A stretch of DNA of 64,000 bases from an uncultured Gammaproteobacteria bacterium. Lineage in GTDB: Bacteria > Pseudomonadota > Gammaproteobacteria > CAISUE01. The notes under the pieces are model-generated. The model had not been told where the DNA came from and searched no databases. It was given only the letters and a program-made list of their open reading frames with translations. Positions 58,697-64,000 of the stretch are shown piece by piece (the stretch's first letter is position 1; every line of letters begins with the position of its first letter). The position numbers were made by a program, and so were the translations under genes. The DNA is taken from NCBI GenBank assembly GCA_964471475.1, contig CAYYFQ010000001.1, forward strand, positions 2,019 through 66,018, in the 5' to 3' direction.

Positions 58697-60004
58697 ATGC
58701 GTACAAATAAACAAGCAAAACTTGGCGGCCGTCCCGTTTATATTGTGGATGGCGCCCGCACTCCTTTTTTAAAAGTACGAGGTAAACCAGGCCCCTTTAC
58801 TTCCGCCGACCTTGGCACATTAGCTTGCCGTGAACTTTTAGGAAGACAACATTTTAATTTAGATGCTATCGATGAAGTGGTGGCAGGGTGTGCAGTAGCA
58901 AGTGCGGATGAAGCTAATATTGGTCGAATTATTTGTTTACGCGCAGGACTCAATGAAAACACACCCGCATGGACCGTGCAACGTAACTGCGCATCTGGTA
59001 TGCAATCGATTGACTCTGGTGTAAAAGATATTGCACTCGGTCGATGTGATCTTGTAGTGGCTGGAGGTACTGATGCCATGAGCCACGGACCACTTTTATA
59101 CAACAGTGCCATGGTGAACTGGTTTGCCACACTTGCTCGTTCAAAAACTTTTGCTGCCAAATTAAAAACTTTTTTAGCTTTTCGCCCCCATATGCTGGCC
59201 CCTGTCATTGGTTTATTACGTGGATTAACTGACCCTTTTTGCGGCTTAAACATGGGACAAACTGCAGAAATTGTTGCTTATGATTTTGGCATCACACGTG
59301 AAATGATGGATGTTTATGCGTTGCGTAGTCATCAACGTTTAGATGCCGCTCAAAAAAACCATTATTTAGATGAAATCATTCCTATCTTTGATAGAAAAGG
59401 AAACGCCTACTTAAGTGATGATGGCTTACGCGCTGATACCACTTTAGAAAAGCTGGCTTCCCTAAAGCCTGCTTATGATAAACCTTTTGGCACAGTAACG
59501 GCAGGCAATAGCTCCCAAGTCACCGATGGTGCTTGCTTTGTGATTTTAGCAAGCGAGGAAGCACTCAAGACCCATCAACTCACCCCACTTGCTAAAATTG
59601 TTGATGTAAACTGGGCTGGTTTAAATCCGGCCATCATGGGCCTTGGGCCAGCTTATAGTATCCCAGCATTGCTTAAACGCAATCAGTTATCCTTAGCAGA
59701 TATTGATTATATGGAAATCAATGAAGCTTTCGCCGCACAAGTGTTGGGTTGCTTAAAAGCCTTAGCAGACGCTGATTTTTGTCAAAAACATTTTGAAACC
59801 AAAGATGCCTTTGGATTATATGATGAAGATCGCTTAAATATTGATGGTGGCGCCATTGCTTTGGGTCACCCCATCGGTGCCACAGGCGCACGTCTAGTCT
59901 TGCATTTAACGCAAGTGCTCAAGCGTAAACAAGCGAAACGCGGTATCGCTTCTCTTTGTATTGGGGGCGGTCAAGGTGGCGCAATGCTGATTGAAGCGGT
60001 CTAA
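58697..60004 (+). CDS. acetyl-CoA C-acyltransferase (thiolase)
   Basis: About 435 aa with the active-site Cys region (VQRNCASGMQS) and C-terminal NIDGGAIALGHPIGATGAR and CIGGGQGGAMLIE. It lies immediately downstream of fadE. Confidence 0.9.
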   Translation: MRTNKQAKLGGRPVYIVDGARTPFLKVRGKPGPFTSADLGTLACRELLGRQHFNLDAIDEVVAGCAVASADEANIGRIICLRAGLNENTPAWTVQRNCASGMQSIDSGVKDIALGRCDLVVAGGTDAMSHGPLLYNSAMVNWFATLARSKTFAAKLKTFLAFRPHMLAPVIGLLRGLTDPFCGLNMGQTAEIVAYDFGITREMMDVYALRSHQRLDAAQKNHYLDEIIPIFDRKGNAYLSDDGLRADTTLEKLASLKPAYDKPFGTVTAGNSSQVTDGACFVILASEEALKTHQLTPLAKIVDVNWAGLNPAIMGLGPAYSIPALLKRNQLSLADIDYMEINEAFAAQVLGCLKALADADFCQKHFETKDAFGLYDEDRLNIDGGAIALGHPIGATGARLVLHLTQVLKRKQAKRGIASLCIGGGQGGAMLIEAV

Positions 60005-60011
60005 ACGTCTT

Positions 60012-60635
60012 ATGGGTTCATCCACCGAAAGACTACACGCACTTGCGGCTATGGCACAAGCTGCTCAATTAAGTTTATTATTATCGCACACAGGAATTTG
60101 CTCATCTAAACAATTTGCAACACAAATAAAGAGCTTATTTGTGTTAGACCCCTCCAGCTTTCATAGCATCTATGGCAGTAAAGAAGATTTGCACTTGGGC
60201 TTATTGTTTGCAGGCCAACTAGCCACCTCTCCTTGGAAAAATTTCAATTCTAACGCTGGTAAACTCATTCAAAGTTTTTTATATTTAGCGAGAAAGCTTA
60301 CGACCAACAAGCCTTTGCAGGAAAAATTACGGGTACAGTTAAAAAGAATTGAAGAGCAAGCTTTTTATTTTGAATCGATTGAACACTCTCGGGTTATTAA
60401 TAATTTAGCGGATCTTTTTTTAGAAGCCGCAAATCAATATAAATTAGGTGTGCGGATGATAGGTAAAAAAGAATTTTTGCAAAATCCAGAGTTGATTGCT
60501 AAAATTCGAGCGCTGTTGTTTTCTGGCCTACGAGCGGCCGTCTTATGGTATCAAATGGGTGGCAGCATCATACGATTTTTATTAGAGCGCCCATTTATTT
60601 TACAGGAAGTTCAACAACTCGCGAGGTCTAAATAA
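60012..60635 (+). CDS. hflD: high frequency of lysogenization protein HflD homolog
   Basis: About 207 aa. LALAAMAQAAQL..., DPSSFHSIYG and especially LFSGLRAAVLWYQMGG parallel E. coli HflD (LLAGIRAAVLWHQVGG). Confidence 0.7.
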   Translation: MGSSTERLHALAAMAQAAQLSLLLSHTGICSSKQFATQIKSLFVLDPSSFHSIYGSKEDLHLGLLFAGQLATSPWKNFNSNAGKLIQSFLYLARKLTTNKPLQEKLRVQLKRIEEQAFYFESIEHSRVINNLADLFLEAANQYKLGVRMIGKKEFLQNPELIAKIRALLFSGLRAAVLWYQMGGSIIRFLLERPFILQEVQQLARSK

Positions 60636-60641
60636 ATTGTT

Positions 60642-63600
60642 ATGCGTTTAAAATCTATCAAACTCATGGGTTTCAAATCTTTTGTCGAACCCACCAAAAT
60701 CGAATTACCACGCAATATCACAGCTATTGTTGGCCCTAACGGATGTGGAAAATCCAACACCATTGATGCAGTACGCTGGGTGCTGGGAGAACTTTCTGCT
60801 AAATACTTACGTGGCGCGTCAATGGCAGAAGTGATTTTTAATGGTTCATTGCACCGCACACCTCTTTCTCAAGCGGCTATTGAATTGCACTTTGATAATA
60901 CGTATGGCCGTCTTGGCGGTGAATATAATAATTACACCGAGCTCCTCATTCGACGTCAAGTTTCTCGCGACGGACAATCTAATTATTACCTGAATGGCTC
61001 ACGCTGCCGCCGCAAAGATATTACTGATATTTTCTTAGGCACAGGCTTAGGTCCTAGAAGTTATGCCATTATTGAACAAGGTACTATTTCTCGTTTAATT
61101 GAAGCCAAACCTCATGAACTGCGCTCTTTTCTTGAGGAAGCCGCTGGGATTTCACGCTATAAAGAGCGTCGCAAAGAAACTGAACAGCGCATCGAAAAAA
61201 CCCAAGGAAATTTAACTCGCTTATTTGATTTACGCGAAGAATTAGGGAAACAAGTTACACATCTTGAACGACAAGCAAAATCAGCGGAAAAATATAAACA
61301 ATACAAAGCCGAAGAAAGAATATTACGCGCCAAATTATTAAGTATCCAGAGCGCCCACTTACAAAATGAATTAGAGGCGCATCAAACCTCCGTCCAACAT
61401 TTACAAAAGCAAATTACTGAAAACGAAAATCTCTACACTCAACTTTCAGAACAACTAGAAACTCAACTTTCTCAGCAAGAAGTAGGCCAAAAAAATCTTG
61501 AGCAAGCGCAACAACAGCTAGCTGAAATCGATGCCACTATTCGCTTAACGGAACAAACCATCTCTCACAACCAAGATCAACAGACACAAATTGAAGCTGA
61601 ACTTAAACAAGTTAAACAGCAACAACAAGAAAGCTCTCGCTTACTAACTATGGACAGCAGCAACATTGATCAAATCAACATCGCTCTTGACGAATTACAT
61701 AACCATTTAGAGAAGCAATTAATCCAGTTACAAGAAGCTAAACAAGCAAACGAATCCACTTTAGTAAAACAAAAAAACTGGCAACAAGACTGGCAGCAAA
61801 TAAATAATCTACTTGCACAAGCCTCACAAACCGCACAAGTTGAACAAACTCGTATTCAACAAATGGAACAACGCTTGCAGCAATTAAATACTCAAAAACA
61901 AAAATTACAAGAAGAACAGCAACCATTGCAAAATTCACTTAACAATGAAAGATTCACCACACTAAATGCGCAGTTGCAACAAATTGAATCTGCACGCGTG
62001 GAAGCCTTTGAACGGCTGCAACAACAAGAAACACTCTTGAAAGAATTACGCCTTACTCTCCAAAATAAAATTGATCAAGTATATGCAATTCGTCGCGAAC
62101 AACAACAAGCAGAAGGAAAGCTTGCTGGCCTGCAAACTTTGCAACAAGGCGCGCAAGTTCAACAAGGCTCACAAGTAAATCATTGGCTAAAGGAAAAAAA
62201 ACTAGATGTTTCTCAACGTTTATTAGATGTGATCGAGGTGGAACAAGGCTTTGAGCTTTATTTAGAAAATTATTTTGGTGAAAAATTACAAGCTATTGCA
62301 CTTACAGACTGGGAAAGCTTAGCCACCTTTGCAGAAAGTTTACCCAAAGGAGCTTTAGATTTTTTTAGCACTCTTAACAGTCACTCATCTTCCGCAACAC
62401 CGAGTCACGATGCCAAATTAGGTGATAAAGTCAAAGGTCCAACCAGCTTTTTAAAACAGCTTGAAAACGTTTATTACGCTGAAAATTTTCAACAAGCGCA
62501 TACATTGCTCGCTTCTTTAGGTAAAGAAGCCGAAATTATTACTCAAGATGGTCTACTATTAAAGAACGGTTGGCTCCAAGTACGACGCGCTTCACAAGAT
62601 CAATCAGGCGCACTTCAACGTAAAAGGGAAATCACGCAATTACAAAAATACCTTACCGACTCACAAAAAAGCTTAGTAGATGCCCAAAAAGAACAACAAC
62701 TATTAGACACACAAATTGCAACAGCAGAAGAACTTAAGCAAAAATTACAAGTTGAATGGCAAAAGCAAGATCAAGTTTGCCATGAGCACAAAGCAAAAAT
62801 CCAAATTCAACAAGCGCAAATCGAACAAACCCATCAACGTTTACAAAAAATCAATCAAGAATTAACGAATTTCACAAATGATCAAAAAAATATCACTGAC
62901 GAACACGATAATGCACGACACAAATGGCAGCAAGCCCTTTCCGAGTTAGAAACACACAATAAAACTAAAGAAATTTTAGCGCAAGCGCAACAAGAAATAG
63001 AAACGGTCGTCCAAACATGCGCCAAAAATTTACAACAAAGTGAATATGCTTACCAAGAAAACAAATTAAAAGAGCAACGCTTAAGTGCTGAACAGCAGGG
63101 TTTAAAAGTACAACAAGAACGCACCTCCTGGCAACAACAAAAACTTCAAGAACGCGAGCAAAATTTAATTCAGCAAACACAAAGTTTAATTCCAGCACTT
63201 CAAGAATTTGTTACTCGGTTACAAGCACTACAAGCAGAGAAAATGACAGCAGCGCAAGCTTTTCAAATAGAACAGAAAAATGCAAATCAGCTCACTCAAA
63301 ATTTACGTCATACTGAAAATGAACGAAAAACTTTCTCAACTATTTTAGAAGAATTACGTGAAAAACATACCAGACATCAAGTAGAAGCAAGCCAAAAAGA
63401 AACTAAAATGCAAGGACTTCTGGAGCAACTTCAAGAACTAGAACTGGATCCGACAAGTTTACAAGAAGATTTCCTACAAGAAACAGATGGCGCACAATTA
63501 CAAACAGCTCTTGAAGAGCTACTAAGACGCATTGAACGCTTGGGAGCAATTAATTTAGCGGCCATTGAAGAACTCACACAACAACTTGAACGAAAAACTT

Positions 63601-64000
63601 ACTACGATACTCAGCATGAAGATTTAACTCAAGCACTAGCCACTTTACAAACTGCCATTCGCGAAATTGATCAAGAAACTCAAGCTAAATTCCAATCAAC
63701 TTTTGAAACAGTGAATAATAATTTCCAAACTTTGTTTCCAAAAATTTTCTCTGGTGGCAATGCGTATTTATCCTTAGTGTCGGAAGATCTTTTAGAAACA
63801 GGGGTTTCCGTCTTTGCTCAACCCCCTGGTAAACGCAACAGCTCGATTCACTTACTATCAGGTGGTGAAAAAGCTTTAACAGCGCTTGCCTTAGTTTTTG
63901 CTATTTTTGAATTAAATCCAGCACCTTTCTGCATGTTAGACGAAGTGGACGCTCCACTTGATGACGTCAACGTCGGCCGCTTCTGTAATCTCGTAAAAGC
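60642..64000 (+). CDS. smc: chromosome segregation protein SMC (3' end lies outside the window)
   Basis: The ATG at 60642 opens a frame that stays open to the window end. It has N-terminal Walker A (MRLKSIKLMGFKSF...IVGPNGCGKSNTIDA), a long Gln/Glu/Leu-rich coiled coil, and near the end the signature motif LSGGEKALTALAL and Walker B CMLDEVDAPLD. Confidence 0.9.
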   Translation, partial: MRLKSIKLMGFKSFVEPTKIELPRNITAIVGPNGCGKSNTIDAVRWVLGELSAKYLRGASMAEVIFNGSLHRTPLSQAAIELHFDNTYGRLGGEYNNYTELLIRRQVSRDGQSNYYLNGSRCRRKDITDIFLGTGLGPRSYAIIEQGTISRLIEAKPHELRSFLEEAAGISRYKERRKETEQRIEKTQGNLTRLFDLREELGKQVTHLERQAKSAEKYKQYKAEERILRAKLLSIQSAHLQNELEAHQTSVQHLQKQITENENLYTQLSEQLETQLSQQEVGQKNLEQAQQQLAEIDATIRLTEQTISHNQDQQTQIEAELKQVKQQQQESSRLLTMDSSNIDQINIALDELHNHLEKQLIQLQEAKQANESTLVKQKNWQQDWQQINNLLAQASQTAQVEQTRIQQMEQRLQQLNTQKQKLQEEQQPLQNSLNNERFTTLNAQLQQIESARVEAFERLQQQETLLKELRLTLQNKIDQVYAIRREQQQAEGKLAGLQTLQQGAQVQQGSQVNHWLKEKKLDVSQRLLDVIEVEQGFELYLENYFGEKLQAIALTDWESLATFAESLPKGALDFFSTLNSHSSSATPSHDAKLGDKVKGPTSFLKQLENVYYAENFQQAHTLLASLGKEAEIITQDGLLLKNGWLQVRRASQDQSGALQRKREITQLQKYLTDSQKSLVDAQKEQQLLDTQIATAEELKQKLQVEWQKQDQVCHEHKAKIQIQQAQIEQTHQRLQKINQELTNFTNDQKNITDEHDNARHKWQQALSELETHNKTKEILAQAQQEIETVVQTCAKNLQQSEYAYQENKLKEQRLSAEQQGLKVQQERTSWQQQKLQEREQNLIQQTQSLIPALQEFVTRLQALQAEKMTAAQAFQIEQKNANQLTQNLRHTENERKTFSTILEELREKHTRHQVEASQKETKMQGLLEQLQELELDPTSLQEDFLQETDGAQLQTALEELLRRIERLGAINLAAIEELTQQLERKTYYDTQHEDLTQALATLQTAIREIDQETQAKFQSTFETVNNNFQTLFPKIFSGGNAYLSLVSEDLLETGVSVFAQPPGKRNSSIHLLSGGEKALTALALVFAIFELNPAPFCMLDEVDAPLDDVNVGRFCNLVK

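Noticed and set aside
58738-59253. 171-aa minus-strand ORF
   Set aside because: It is antisense within the well-supported thiolase gene and has no features of its own. The same reasoning applies to 9688..10098 and 8785..9027 in metH, 17820..18149 in the permease gene, 25311..25613 in ileS, and 60611..60859, 61738..61938 and 62965..63198 in smc.
1-64000. CRISPR arrays, tRNA/rRNA genes, prophage, integrase/transposase genes, toxin-antitoxin or restriction-modification operons
   Set aside because: I looked for them in all intergenic regions and in the ORF list. I found no spaced direct repeats, no cloverleaf-like sequences, and no recombinase, phage or defence-type proteins.

Overview
The window looks like 64 kb of chromosome from an AT-rich Gram-negative gammaproteobacterium. 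Gene content suggests Legionellales (lolA, bamB, yfgM, rodZ, mltD, plus large effector-like ORFans), but I cannot verify the taxon. Most of it is housekeeping: rpsT (partial), rpe, dacB, pnp, rpsO, LemA/TPM, metH, metF, fhs, alr, lolA, ileS, bamB-yfgM-hisS-rodZ-pilW-like, mltD, corA, beta-oxidation genes (fadB-like, fadE, thiolase), ddl, ppa, trhO, xseA, a POT transporter, hflD and smc (partial). No rRNA, tRNA, CRISPR, transposase, integrase or phage genes were recognised. Three things stand out. (1) A roughly 10.5 kb block (40.1-50.7 kb) looks more AT-rich by eye and is bracketed by a 43-bp direct repeat. It holds a tightly packed operon: a carrier-domain::citrate-synthase fusion, a SelA-family PLP enzyme, a DHA2 MFS exporter, a stand-alone DltA-like adenylase and an aconitase. 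A clavaminate-synthase-like dioxygenase and a tailed GNAT follow. I read this as an orphan carrier-dependent, TCA-like small-molecule pathway that matches no pathway class I know. (2) An ORFan islet (12.6-17.8 kb) carries a 949-aa protein with a DUF559/Vsr-like nuclease motif, an NLS-like lysine cluster and a C-terminus encoded by a REP-like repeat. (3) Small palindromic MITE/REP elements are unusually dense, with at least six families. One case is a MITE nested in a MITE, one family shows compensatory hairpin substitutions between copies, and elements supply the 3' ends of three genes. The rpsO-pnp leader has also been expanded into a ~340-nt palindrome. All calls come from reading the translations and the sequence by eye; no database search was run.
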